From contig MCFE01000065.1 of the NCBI GenBank assembly GCA_002104905.1, positions 62,001 to 126,000 on the forward strand: DNA of 64,000 nt, written 5' to 3'. The DNA comes from Basidiobolus meristosporus CBS 931.73. Its lineage: Eukaryota > Fungi > Basidiobolomycota. Of the stretch, positions 12,401 through 25,139 are shown piece by piece. The notes below the pieces were generated by a model, which was not told the DNA's origin, did no database searches, and was given only the letters and a program-made list of their open reading frames with translations. A program made the translations under genes and the position numbers. Numbering within the stretch: position 1 is the first letter of the stretch; each line of letters starts with the position of its first letter.

Positions 12401-12816
12401 AACCATTTGCTTTCTGTCCCTTTCGGTGTCTATTATCTCCACAACCTGCTGAGCATTCTTTTTGCAAGCCGGATCTTCTTGAGCTGAAAAGAGACGGTTA
12501 TCCATTATTCATAGTGACGTACTATATTGTGATTACATACCAAAGTCCAACTCGTTGTAATAAGGCTTTTTGCACTTTTCCAACGTGGCAGCGCTCGGTT
12601 TGTTCTCTCGCTCCTGTTTATAGAGTTTCGTAGATAATCTCCTCTTTTTCCGTGTCTTGATGTGGTTAACGTATTAACGACGGCCCAAAATACTGAAAAG
12701 GAAACCAAACAGCAATGCAAGACCATACGTACGGGTGAATCGAAGGTAGAAAAGGGACCAGAAGAGCTAGCATCAGTCGAGGATTGGTAACTAATGGCGA
12801 TTGAGATTTTAGTCAC
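9436..12816 (-). CDS. ULP2: Ulp2/SENP-type SUMO protease (peptidase C48), many exons; 5' end not resolved
   Basis: Minus-strand exons encode HFFNPFFYHRL...RVKKWTSKIDLFEKNYIFVPINE, LHWYLALICFP, WIIVFDSLNSRH and VPCQTNHCDCGVYLLQYIE, giving the His-Asp-Cys triad and oxyanion Gln. Stop at 9436-9438. Confidence 0.82.
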
Positions 12817-13584
12817 AAAGCAAATGGAAGTAAATATCTAATCATTACAATCGGTTGGCAGGAATGGTTCGGTCGTGAAGTGCTTGCTCAATCAATTTAC
12901 TAGGATCCAATCCCTTCTTCCTAATAAAACTCTGTGGGTGCATATGAGGATTTGCACTTGCTTACGTTGTCTTTATTGTGGTTCGGAACAGTAGATCAAG
13001 ACTGTCCACAGCTAAGTCACACTGTAGTATCCTTTGAGTTGTCAGTTTTGATATATGCGAATATGCTTACACAGAATATTGATTTAAGTTCCAAGATTGA
13101 CTAAGGAAATTAGATGTTGATCTGTAAAATCATTTACATGAGTAGTTATTAGTGGATATTCCGCAATAAACAATCTCTGAGGGGCATAAGCTAGAGAAAA
13201 CAAAGAGGGCATTCAATGAGAAAATACCAGTTTGTCACAACGATATCCTTCACCATATGGGATGTGTTGACAGCTTGCAACAAACAAAATTTATTAATAC
13301 ACAGTTTCTGGTAAACAAAATCTTATATACAATAGTCAAATGCATAACGACGTATCCCTCCAGCTGGGCGTCACTACTGACTGTTTGGATTAGTGCGTTT
13401 TACAAAAGTTGACTGAAGGATGGTATCTATTAATTGCTATTGGTATTCTTGTCAAAAGTGAATTCAGGGAGATAGATGCTGACTGATAATGATTTACATC
13501 TCCAGACGTTCCTTGATATCCATGTGAAGCAACACAGTTTGTTAAACATATATAGTGTCTGCAATCTAGAACTTTGACCAAGTG

Positions 13585-15590
13585 TTAATTGACTCCTTCA
13601 GGAGCATTCAGAAAATCACGGCTTACTCTTCTATGTAGGTGCGAGTCTCCGGGAGAAGGCGGAGCAGAGTGAGTGTTGCTTAATGCGGCCAATTCGTTCC
13701 GCAGCTGTATTCTGGAATTCTTATTTCTAAAACCCTAGATAAAGCCTAGTTACAAGCAATTCCCATGATAGGAGAGATTGTGTACGTTACCTGCTCTGAT
13801 GTATTCATACTCTTTCTATATTCATCATACAATTCTCGTTCTAGAGTCTTAATCTTAGCTTCTGCGGCCATTCGATTGAGCATTTCCTGTGAGACCTGAG
13901 CTTTTAGAGATTTCGATCGTGCTATGTTGTCCTCAGCTTGGCTGCGAAGATATTGTAGCTCAGTAATCACATCGACCATAGAAGGGGTTTTGGAGCAAAG
14001 ATGATCCATAGTCATGGAAAGCGTCTAAATCGACGAAATGTGAATGTGTGACCCACTCAATAGTACTCTCAGGTAAACTACCTCTTCTAATCTTAACACC
14101 TCTTTCTTGAGAGAACGCTCAGTCTCTGAGCTTCCACGTGTATTGTTATCCAACTCCTCTTCTAGCCTCTGCAGATGCTCGGATACATAATAATACATAT
14201 CCTCGGCTTCAGCCAGCCTCTCCTTCAGCTTATCGAATAAACATGTGTTAGCATCGTCAAATGGAGGCAGAAGTCGAGTGGAAACAATACCGTATATATT
14301 TCATTATCCAATACTCCGATCTGGTTCTCAGACTTGATATAAGAGAGCTTGTACTGGATTACTTGCATATTCAGCTCTGCGATTTGATCTTTATACAATT
14401 CGCAGTCCTGTTTGCGTTCAGTAATTATTTTTGTATGCCAACCACCTGTAAGCTAAATCTTACCTTCATCAATTTACAGTGAGCATAATGTTCAGTGTGA
14501 ATATTTTTCGGACTGGATATAGACTCCCCTTGAGGCTTTGTTTCAGACGAGGGAGTCATCTGCTCACGTTCGATTAGAATCGTAGCAATCCATTTCTCTT
14601 GAGCAGAAAGTTGACGTTGAACTTCTGCTAATTTTTGGTGGCATCTTTCGCATTCCTCTAAAGCATCATCACGCATTTCTTGCAAAGCTATTATCTCCTC
14701 GCTTGTGTCTGGTATGCTGTTAACAACTTCGTTGTATTGATTCTGTAACTGGTCAAAATCTTTTTGAATTTTTGCTTTCAGGGAACTGACATCGTTGATT
14801 CGCCTTTCTGAATCCTCTTTGTATGCAGTAAACTCATTCTGTAGAATACTGTACGCATCGCGCCCATGCTGTAACTCTTCTCTCAATGCTTTGAGATCAT
14901 TGTTACTATTTCCAAGCCTTTCCTTTAAAGCACCCACCTCCCTGCGAAGCGCTTTCTCTTCTTTAAGGGCTAACTTATACGTATTCCGCTCCTTTTCTGA
15001 CATTCCGTGTTGTAAGGAACATGGCTTCTTCAACCTTTCTCTAAGTTGCGTGATCTCTTCCTGATAATCCTTTATAGTTCTACTTTGTTTTTCCTTTTCT
15101 TCATTCAATCTGGTTATCAACTCCTTATCAGCGTAATACTGTTATTGGGATATTAAATTTGTCAGTTAGGAATCAGACAGCACATCTCTCAGTCAGTGAT
15201 ACCTCTTTCATGAGCTCTCTAACATTATCTGCACGAGAGCGGAACAATTGTTCTTGCATAACTAAATTACGAAGCTCCAAGTCGAAATTTCGTTTTTGAA
15301 GCATAGTACATTCCTGGAGATCAAAAGACGCAAAAAGTTGAGCTCACCAGATTTGGAGTAAGAAATCTGCGAAAAAATCTCACCTTAATGAGACGATCCC
15401 ATGACCACTCTTTCTGTGAAAAATGGTTGTACTCGTTAAAAAGTCTCTGTTCTTTCTGTACCCTTTGTCTATCAGTGTCCCAACTTTCATACAAAGGATC
15501 TGGAGATCCAGGCGGGCTCAAATCTTCTGGTTTAAACTCACGTAGATCTACCTGAACAATCGGCTCTCCTTCCCATTGATCTAAACTCAT
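13585..15590 (-). CDS. Uncharacterised long coiled-coil protein, multi-exon
   Basis: ORFs 15321-15590, 14425-15120 and 13746-14015 plus linking exons are E/K/Q/L-rich heptad sequence. The last exon ends ...RDFLNAPEGVN* at 13585. No family was recognised. Confidence 0.65.
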
Positions 15591-16450
15591 GTTTAGAGCT
15601 CTATATATGTATTGCAGAGTGGCAAGCTATTATGAACAACAATCGGTTCGACAAGTGCCTTTTACCAAAAGGGGGGGGGTAAAATAAAGAAGTGAAATAT
15701 GACAGTGAAAGACAGTTTGAAACCTGTATTTGTAGGGCTATTAGGTTGTTTGCCAAAGCACAGAGATGTTGAGCATTTATCAACACAAAAAGTATTGTAA
15801 TGTCGAACAGCGATGATTTTTGAAAGGGGATTATTACCCTCAAATCAAAATTACCTCATCATGCGGAATCGAAAGTTTGTTGCTGCTCCTGAATGTATGC
15901 GGTGTCTTGGTTGAACTTTAATTTGACCATCAAATCTTATTTGAATATCGCATGTTGAATCTGCTCCAGCGCTTCGATGTAGTGTTTACATAATATTAAC
16001 TTTGGGCTAAGCCACATTCAGAATCTCTAGCATATGAAGATGAGCTGCATTCTGGGAGGGCAAGGAAATTGAGTGTGGCCATTGAATGACTCGTCTTGAT
16101 TTTTGATGAAATAGGTGTGGATGCACCAGTAGAATCATGACTATTGTCTTTTTTCTTCACTTAATCAAACTCGTTAATTATGTTTATCATCAATTCAGTT
16201 CATACTGATTTGATGAGCCTTTCCTTTTTTAGGCCTCTTGCGACTTGGTGTCCCAGTCGTTTGGGGATGGGCTGTAGGATAAATTATAAAAAGTATGATG
16301 GTTTGATTCATCATTGGTTTAACTGCTCTTCTGCTGCTATAGTTTGTTGTGTACATCTTCTAGTTTTTGAAGCGACATTTTGCCCCGTTTTGCCCTTTTG
16401 TCGTGTTTTTGTCGACTTTTCCGTTTTGTTGCATTTTTGTTGTAAACATT

Positions 16451-17041
16451 ATGAATTGTGATTTGGGTTCAACACTTCCTGTACAAAATTATTACACCTG
16501 GTTTCGTTCTTCATTCTTCATTAGTACTGACCCTCGTCGGCTGGATCTCTCTTTCATATACAACCTTGTAGTCAAGTCCAATTCGAACAGTTCAGGCCTA
16601 GCTTTTCAAGATTTCAAGCGTGTACTTGAGCATTCACTTTGTTTTGGTCTTTATATTTTACTCCCTAGCTCGTCGCCTGACAGTAATAATCCGGAGTCCA
16701 AGTATACCGCACGACAAATTGGATTCGCCCGGGTTGTGACAGACCAAATAAGACTTGCTTATTTGTGCAATCTGAGTATTGTTGAGGAATACAAAGGGCT
16801 GCACGAATGGATGTTCGACTGTGTATTGAGTTTTCCTGAAGTTCCAAAGGTAAAATGGATCGTAAGAACAACTGATCTTAACCATCCTATTTCCTTCTTT
16901 GCTCCCCTGACCCCGCCGCCTACCAGTGATGAAGCTGCCTCTCGCAAACATAAATCCGAAGGGACACCCGACTCTGCGTGTACCCGTAAGCGAAAGCACT
17001 TGGCTGACTCTGCTACGCCCTCTGTAGAAACATGTTTATAA
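16451..17041 (+). CDS. Intronless GNAT-fold protein resembling bacterial small N-acetyltransferases; acetyl-CoA motif degenerate
   Basis: FISTDPRRLDLSFIY...LEHSLCFGLY...RQIGFARVVTD...LAYL matches the common bacterial pattern ISTDKxRLD...SLCFGxY...QVGFARVVTD...AYL. First ATG at 16451. Confidence 0.72.
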   Translation: MNCDLGSTLPVQNYYTWFRSSFFISTDPRRLDLSFIYNLVVKSNSNSSGLAFQDFKRVLEHSLCFGLYILLPSSSPDSNNPESKYTARQIGFARVVTDQIRLAYLCNLSIVEEYKGLHEWMFDCVLSFPEVPKVKWIVRTTDLNHPISFFAPLTPPPTSDEAASRKHKSEGTPDSACTRKRKHLADSATPSVETCL

Positions 17042-17589
17042 GATTTTGACGTTTTTCTCACCGTTTCACATTGTACTCTTTATTTCCACACCATATAGAA
17101 CAGTCACGCAAAGAATGAACCATCTTAATATTAATCTTCGCACATACTATACCACACAGTCATACTGTTCGTCTTTAAATTGCGCTTGTATACTACGCTA
17201 TCATGGATGCATCTCTGGAAGCACAGAATCAAAATTACGCCTTCATTTAAGAAGTAATGACCTTATCCTTAAATCACCACACCCCAATGTAAGCTCGAGA
17301 TAGTTGGGATCTTATTTTGGAATAACACAAAATCTACTTGCACAATTTGCTGCGCACTTTGTCTTGCTTTTTCATACATTTTCTATCGGCGGCCCTGACC
17401 AGATTTGGCCGAATAGTCGCCCTGGTTGATGCCCATTCATTGGAGTAACTCTAATCAGCTTTTGGCAGTACCGCTTTATTAAGAGGGCAGCATATATCGA
17501 AATAACTAGCCAAATTTGAATTTTTTAGGTACAAAATTCACAAGCGTGGGTAATGAAGTATATATATGGAAATTGGCAGGCCGGCTCGT

Positions 17590-19384
17590 TCAGTTAATTC
17601 TATTTTGACCATGATGTTCCCACTCCCTGGCACGAAGAGCAAACTTCTGGATCTTTCCAGTACTTGTCTTGGGGAAATCCTGGACCACCTCTACCCTAGC
17701 GGGACATTTGTAGCCGGCCATGGATTTCTTACAAAACGAGATGATTTCCTCTTCAGTGACCTGTATCCCATCGCGTACTCGGATAAACGCCTTGGGTCTT
17801 TCTCCCCATTTCTCATCAGGTATGGCCACCACAGCAACCTCAAGCACTGCTGGGTGCTCGTTGATGATCTGCTCCACTTCAATTGTCGATATGTTTTCGC
17901 CCCCACTGATGATGATATCCTTCTTACGGTCTCTCAGCTGAATGTAGCCGTCTGGATGCCGCACAGCAATATCTCCAGAGTGGAACCATCCTCCTTTGAA
18001 CGCTTCCTCGGTAGAGGCTGGATCATTGTAGTAGCCCTTCATTACCATTGATCCTCGCATCACAACTTCACCCAGCGTTTTACCATCGAATGGAACATCC
18101 TCCATCTTCGAATTCACCACCCGCGTTTCTTCCGAAACGCAGTAGCTATGCCCTTGACGAGCCAGGATTATGGCCTGCTCATGCTCTGGTAATGACTCCC
18201 ATTCTGGCTTCCAGCGAGATACCAGCGAAGGCCCATAGGTCTCGGTCAATCCGTAGGTGTGTACGGGTATAAGATTTAGCTGCTTCATCCTCCCAATGAG
18301 GTTGGGTGAAGGTGGGGATCCGGCGACGGTAACCTTGACCGGATTCGGTAGTTTGCGAGCCAACGGATGATTCACGATGGATATTTGAACAGTCGGCGCG
18401 CCATTGTAATGGGTCACTTTGTCATTCACTAGTACATTCCATATGTATCCATAGTCGATCTTCTTCACCATCACGTTAGTCCCACCAACGGCAGTCACCG
18501 CCCAGGGGAAAGTCCACCCATTGCAATGAAATAGTGGCAGTGTCCACATCATTACCGATTCGGAGTTCAACTCCGCTTCAATGGAATTGCCCAAAGCGCT
18601 GATATATACCCCGCGATAAGTCAGCATCACGCCCTTTGGACGGCCGGTAGTGCCACTGGTGTACGAAATACTTATGGTGTCGTCCTCGTCGCCAAACAGA
18701 TTCAACTCCTTCCAGCCACGGTTCAACGAGCGGCCCTTCGCAAGAAATTGCTCATAAGGGTCGTCTTGTTTGCCGCTGCTATATACACATATAATCTTCA
18801 ATTTATCTTTCAAGTGCGCAACCAAGTCGTAAGATTCATAGTCCACAAACAGCAGCTTGCTTCCAGAATGATCCAAGATGTACTCAATCTCACTGGGCTT
18901 GAGGCGATAGTTGATCGCCACCATGATCGCTCTCAAACAAGGTATGCCAAAATGCCCCTCAAACAATGCAGGGATATTTGGGGATAGATAGGCTACTCTA
19001 TCACCTGGCTGAATCCCCTCCGCACGTAGTGCGTAGGCCAAGTTATGGACTCTGTCGAGTAGCTCGGTGTATGTGTATGTTAGATCGTCCATTTTTACGG
19101 CAACCTTGTCCGGAAATACGTTCGAGCTACGTTGAAGGAAGTACACAGGGTTCATCTGGGTCTTATTGACCTCTTGCTGCTTGTCGCAAGGAATCACTGT
19201 TTGGTAGGCAAAGGGGTTTAGATATCCAGCGGCACATCGAGCTCATTAACAAAAGGAATTTACCATTGCTAGGAGTATTGGGTTTTACGGGCTCTCCAAC
19301 ACTGGTGCCCAGAGTATTGTGAAGATTCTGGAGACGACGACGGGCAGTGGTTAGTTGGTTATTAGAGCTGAGGGTGTCAGACAT
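17590..19384 (-). CDS. Acyl-CoA synthetase / AMP-binding enzyme, 2 exons
   Basis: ATG at 19384, intron 19197-19263. Motifs SYTSGTTGRPKG, PLFHCNGWTFPW, YGLTETYGP, WFHSGD, DRKKDIIISGGENIS and PKTSTGKIQK are present. Confidence 0.93.
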
Positions 19385-21474
19385 TATGTGGTATTCACAA
19401 GTTGGCGAGAAACGAAAGAGGTGGATATGGATACAGAGAAGAAAGCAAAGGGACCTATGGCTATGCAGTGAGGAACGTCACACTTTTAAACTAGATCCTG
19501 AGAGCGTATTGGTGGTAGTGTGTGAATAGGGTAACTTGATGACACACGCCGATATTTTTAAGGCTAAAATAGCTAGCTTAAAACTAACGCTCCGGTGAGT
19601 AGGAGGGAGAGTGGGAAAGGGCCGTATCAGTGAGAAACAATGTAATGCTGGTATTGAAAGTGCAAGCGATTCTCTATTCCCACACTATCTAATCCAATCA
19701 AGAGGGAATAGCCATCACAGCCTTGTGCATGTCCAACCGACCCTCTATACTCAACAAACCTCACTGATCCGCTTATGTACACTTATGCTTGCCTAAGCTC
19801 TGGCTCACACCCTCCCTAATTGGTGCATGCAATGGATTTCTGAATGCTGGTCACAGGATCACATACCAAGGTGAGTTGGAAGGACGGTGATTCACATGGG
19901 ATTTCCTTGAAATCAGGTTTCATTCCAAATTAGGCGAATGACCCAGCCTCTCTTGAGAACACCGCTTGTATTAATCACAAGGATGGGAGCCCAATGGTAT
20001 ATACTACGACGCTTGTTTCATCCCACCGTTATCGACTATTCCACAGTCATCTCACAGCAGTAAAATCGAATTCTATCGTTTGGCTTCCATCCCCTACTCG
20101 ACCCACATTGTTCAACCATTCCCCTATTTTGCCACTCCATCGAGATCAAGGGGGCCTACGGGGCGCCTTTGCTCCAATTTGGTCTGCTGCCCAATCCATT
20201 TCAGACAACTATATTGCTTCATGCACCACACTCGCTTCTGACGAAGTTCATGAATCTCGGAGTTCCAAACGAACTTTGGTGGAGACGTGCGAGTGGAGTG
20301 GTAATAAATATAAGTGCACTTTACGATAAATGAAAATAAACAGCTTGCCCAAAAATAGATCCCTCCATAAGCAAGGTCTTTGAAGCTTAATAGACTTATC
20401 CTGTGGGATCTGCTATCTTTTCATATACGCACCCATCTAGAATCATCCCATCTATGGCGTGGGTTGGCTCTCTATTATTAGGGTTAGAATCTTTGCTGGC
20501 GTTGCACTGCGATATGAGAATATCATGAAATCACTATCTGATGGCAGTAGGAATGTTCTCATTATCGAGTTGAAGAACTGCCGTTATCAAGAATTTTGAC
20601 TGGTTCCTGGTCTCAGATTTCTATGGCCCCGGACTTAGAGGAGACCCCCTGATTCCGTTCGGGATGCCAATGATGACTTAGCATTCATCAGTTATTAACA
20701 TTCACACTACGAATCAAGCCCATGCTTCTCCCAAGCTCAACACTATATCAGTACTATCTCGGGTATGCGCACCCTTTGATCAACCAGCCTGATACCTAGA
20801 ACCCCAACAAACAAATTTATTAGCAAGCGGCTCTAATCGCTCGCCGTCAATCATCTCTAATAAAGGTCATTTGACGAATGTGGTTCTGGCATTGCATGAA
20901 TCTCTGCATGTGTCCTCTCATCAACCAACTGCTCATATAGAGATCAAATCAATTGGCCAGAATATGGACCAGTGACATACGCCGTCACCTTTGTGTGGTT
21001 CATTTGTTCGGTTATTTTTAGCACGCTCATCCTTCGCCTTTTCTGGAAGATGCAAATCGCAGGAATAACTTGAAAGAGGCAGCCATCAATTTCAAGTATT
21101 CAAGCTTCAAGCCAACTAAACTACATTGGTATCACTCGGATTGAAATTCATCAATCTTAATCAACTCTAAATTGGTAGATTGGTCGATCAATTGTAATGC
21201 AATTCTCAATGTAGTCATTTTGGCGCGGATATATTCATATCATACGTCAACGATCAACCAACGCCAAAAATTCAAAGAAACGAGCACGTCAAACGTGAGC
21301 TAATGAGCAGTGTTTGTTCACCCATGTAATCAAGAATGGATGTTCTCCTACTAGGTGGAGTAATTGAAATTTTCCCAGCCAAGGAGTTTCTGTATAAATA
21401 CCCTGCTTACTTATGGATATGAGCATTAAATTATCTTCAGAATTTTCATTCCAACCAATTTGTAAACCCTTGCA

Positions 21475-22536
21475 ATGAGGTTCGACATCCGAGTGTTACT
21501 TCTGGCTGCTTGTGCTTCTAGCGGGTTAGCTCAGGATAGTGGTGTCTCAGGGGACCTACACCCAATTAACCCAGCATGGACGAAGCAATATGATTTATCC
21601 AAAGTTCCCAAGAAACCGCTGAGGGCTGTTGGATCTGGTGTGTGCAAAAATTCGAATTGTGGGCCTGACGATTGTGACAAGTGCTTCGAATCCTGTGGCA
21701 ACTGCCCAGTTGAGGAGGATGTCTACGGGTGCGGCGCTGGCCAGTGGGCCTTGACATTTGATGACGGTCCATCAGATTACACTGCTCAGCTCCTTGATAT
21801 CCTTGGTGCCGCTAAGGTGAAAGCTACCTTCCTGATGGTCGGCCAGAACGTTGTCAAGTACCCAGAGGTGGTCAAGCGGGCATTCGATGAGGGCCATCAG
21901 ATCTCACAGCACACCTGGTCACACCCGCACTTGATGAGCATCTCCAATGAGCAGATCGTGGCCGAGGTCCGAGCCACCGAGGAAGCCATTTTCAACATCA
22001 CCGGTGCACGAACAGCTTTTATTCGACCCCCTTACGGAGAGGCTGATGATCGAGTCAAAGGAGTGTTCAAGGCCATGGGCTATTACAACTTGCTCTGGAA
22101 CATGGACACCCTGGATTGGGATATTGTTGAGAAGAAGGAAAACCCTGATAATATCATCAGCTCATTCAAAAACGTCTTAGCTAAAGGAACAGACTTGAAT
22201 CCATTCAATAACCCTGGTTACATATCACTTCAGCATGACCTTTATGTCGAAACCGTCAAGCGTGTTCCTTCCATTGAGAAACTTTTGGGGCAGAAAAATT
22301 TCCATTTTGTACTTGCGCACGAATGTATCAATGCATCACCTTACCAGAATAGCGCTCAGGAGGATACAAAAACCGCAACGCCGACAACTAAGCCTCAGCC
22401 ATCCAGCTCGAAGACTGCCTCAGCAACACATGATACTGTCTCTATTCAAGGAGAATCTGGAGCACCAAGACTATCAAAGCCAGGCGCCATGGTCGCGCTC
22501 ATATTATTCATCTATTCTGCTATCTTTTCTTTTTAA
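21475..22536 (+). CDS. CDA: Chitin deacetylase (CE4/NodB), signal peptide, Cys-rich N-module, probable GPI tail; array copy 1
   Basis: Motifs TFDDGP, HTWSHP, RPPYG, DTLDW and LQHD. N-terminal hydrophobic signal, S/T-rich linker and C-terminal hydrophobic stretch. Intronless. Confidence 0.93.
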   Translation: MRFDIRVLLLAACASSGLAQDSGVSGDLHPINPAWTKQYDLSKVPKKPLRAVGSGVCKNSNCGPDDCDKCFESCGNCPVEEDVYGCGAGQWALTFDDGPSDYTAQLLDILGAAKVKATFLMVGQNVVKYPEVVKRAFDEGHQISQHTWSHPHLMSISNEQIVAEVRATEEAIFNITGARTAFIRPPYGEADDRVKGVFKAMGYYNLLWNMDTLDWDIVEKKENPDNIISSFKNVLAKGTDLNPFNNPGYISLQHDLYVETVKRVPSIEKLLGQKNFHFVLAHECINASPYQNSAQEDTKTATPTTKPQPSSSKTASATHDTVSIQGESGAPRLSKPGAMVALILFIYSAIFSF

Positions 22537-22997
22537 ATTGTAATACTTTCACTGGCTAATTATTATTTCGGATACCTATAATTGTACATCCAATATATTA
22601 CTTCTTATAGCCGATTTTAATATATACATAAAGGAGTGTTGCATGAGAAATTTACACTGAGCTGTAGAGTACGAAGTGTACAATGATTAATTGATATACT
22701 TGTCTTCGATAATTAACCAATTGAACAGGAATGGATAGATTGAAATCCTGGAATCTCTTAATCCGGTTTGGATTGTATGCCAAAATGAAGCTTGATCTAT
22801 ACTGAGTTCACAATACCATCTGTGAAATAAATAATTATCTGGGGATGCTCCGAGCCTTAACTTAACACATACAACCGATAGAATCAATATCACTACGTAT
22901 GTTTCGAGCCTCATTAATTTGTACATTTCCCCATTACACTTTCCGGAATATGAGTCTTGATCTGCGTTATTTCTGATGACCAAGCCAAAGAAGTGCT

Positions 22998-23487
22998 TGG
23001 GCCATCACACCCTACTCTGAAACATGATCACCCTGAATTGGGCTAATGTTGAGAAGAAGCAATGCCCGGGCAAGGTCGATGACTCTTCAAAAAGGTATTG
23101 AGTAAGGGGACACACCTGAGCCCATATGAGAGTGTGGGATACATTTCCCCTAACACGATCTTTACATGGAAACCGTCAAACGTGTTCCGAAAATCGAGTT
23201 GCTTTTGGCTCAACATGGGTTCCATTTTGTTCTTGTTCATGGGTGTACCAAGGTACCAAAACGCGCCCGTCAATAACTCAACCAAGGCTTCGCCCAATGC
23301 CCCCACCAGTGCTGCTTCCAAAAATCCTTTCACTAAAGCATCGATATCCATAACCCAGGCAAGAGCTTCTTCACCATCGACTGGGCCAAATTCAAATGCG
23401 CGTATAGCACCTGGTGCCACAAACCTAGAGGAATCCGGCATTGTTGTCAGGCTCACGATTTCTATGGCACTTGGTCTATTAATATAA
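22998..23487 (+). pseudogene. 3'-half chitin deacetylase pseudogene
   Basis: The LLWNMDTLDW region is degraded to ctactcTGAaacatgatcaccctgaattggg, with a frameshift at the LQHD motif. It is followed by a S/T/A-rich, hydrophobic GPI-like tail ending LALGLLI-type ...MALGLLI*. Confidence 0.8.
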
Positions 23488-23754
23488 CCCAATCATAGCT
23501 TCCCAATAGGATTCAAAACGAATTTATCAGATTTATTCACCAGAAACAATAAACCCTGAAAATCAAGAATTAGTAATACACCCAAAATGCTTATTGTTAA
23601 TCACTAGACAAATGTAATTCAGCTCGATGTGCATTGTAAAAGGCAATTTGAGATATGATTCCATGAAGAGTTGGGCATTAACAATTGAGCGCCTAATCGT
23701 ACTTAAACTAGATGTTTCTGAGTCATTCGTTCATCCGAGTCTCCTACTAACCAG

Positions 23755-24828
23755 ATGAAATTCTCCACTATCTCACTCTTATTAACAGTTTGGTGTTCGG
23801 ATGCCTTAACACAAGGGAACTTGAATGACAATTTACTTTACCCCATAAATCCTGACTGGACCGAGCAATATGACCTTTCCGCAGTCCCAAATAAACCTTT
23901 AAGATTGGTTGGGTCTGGGATTTGCAAGAATGCCACTTGTGATGCAGACGATTGCGATCGTTGTTATGAAAGCTGTGGTAACTGTCCGCTTAAAAACGAT
24001 ATTTACGGATGCGAGGCTGGTGAGTGGGCTTTGACCTTTGATGATGGGCCTTCTCCATTTACTGGGGAACTCTTGGATATATTGGCTGCAGCAAAAGTGA
24101 AAGCTACCTTCCTGATGGTCGGCCAGAACGTTGTCAAGTACCCAGAGGTGGTCAAGCGGGCATTCGATGAGGGCCATCAGATCTCACAGCACACCTGGTC
24201 ACACCCGCACTTGATGAGCATCTCCAATGAGCAGATCGTGGCCGAGGTCCGAGCCACCGAGGAAGCCATTTTCAACATCACCGGTGCACGAACAGCTTTT
24301 ATTCGACCCCCTTACGGAGAGGCTGATGATCGAGTCAAAGGAGTGTTCAAGGCCATGGGCTATTACAACTTGCTCTGGAACATGGACACCCTGGACTGGG
24401 ATATTGTTGCCAAGAAACAAGATCCAGACAAGATCATTAGTTCATTCGAAAGCGCACTAACTAAAGGAACTAGCCTAAACCCATTCAGCGACCCAGGCTA
24501 CATCTCACTCCAGCATGATCTTTACGTAGAAACCGTCAAACGTGTTCCGAAAATTGGGGAGCTTCTAGCACAACATAACTTTCACTTTGTACTGGCCCAT
24601 GACTGCATTAATGTTGCGCCATATCAAAGTAACCTCGATGACAACAAGCTCACGAAAATCACTCCACACGAAGCTGGAGAAGACGAAACATCAGTAGCTC
24701 AAGCGAACGGCAATCCAGGATCTAAACCTCCCATTGACGTTCTATCAGCTGCGGTCGATAGCCGGGTAGCACTTGCTGCTCTTAATTGCTTACTTGTAAC
24801 CATCGCTTATGCGCTATTATCCCTTTAA
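23755..24828 (+). CDS. CDA: Chitin deacetylase (CE4), signal peptide plus probable GPI tail; array copy 2
   Basis: The same five CE4 motifs and the CxNxxCxxxDCDxCxESCGNC module. Intronless. Confidence 0.93.
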   Translation: MKFSTISLLLTVWCSDALTQGNLNDNLLYPINPDWTEQYDLSAVPNKPLRLVGSGICKNATCDADDCDRCYESCGNCPLKNDIYGCEAGEWALTFDDGPSPFTGELLDILAAAKVKATFLMVGQNVVKYPEVVKRAFDEGHQISQHTWSHPHLMSISNEQIVAEVRATEEAIFNITGARTAFIRPPYGEADDRVKGVFKAMGYYNLLWNMDTLDWDIVAKKQDPDKIISSFESALTKGTSLNPFSDPGYISLQHDLYVETVKRVPKIGELLAQHNFHFVLAHDCINVAPYQSNLDDNKLTKITPHEAGEDETSVAQANGNPGSKPPIDVLSAAVDSRVALAALNCLLVTIAYALLSL

Positions 24829-25139
24829 TCAGCTCCCTTGGACTATATTTGCAGGTATCAGTTTGAATCGGGAGTAGTTAGAACTGCCGACCCCTTGGGG
24901 ATTGGCAATATTGTTTCATAAAATGATAGATTATATGTTGATTTAAATAAATTGCCAGGTGCCTCATTAGACTACCACGCGAGTTATATCCCATATAGAG
25001 TACTTTTATCATACACACTACTCCTCATCATAGTTAGGCAACTTAGTTGAGACAGTGTAATCTCACTGAATAGGCACTAAATAGAAATATGAGGAATCCA
25101 CAATCGATGTATGCTGTTGTCGATTAAACTCCAGTTTGA

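Noticed and set aside
15860-16450. T-rich plus-strand tract with possible minus-strand exons head-to-head with the GNAT gene
   Set aside because: The candidate frames are low-complexity and contain stops, and there is no convincing start.
19325-19351. PTS2-like nonapeptide RLQNLHNTL at the N-terminus of the acyl-CoA synthetase
   Set aside because: Position 8 is Thr rather than the His/Gln required by R-L-x5-H/Q-L. It is suggestive only.
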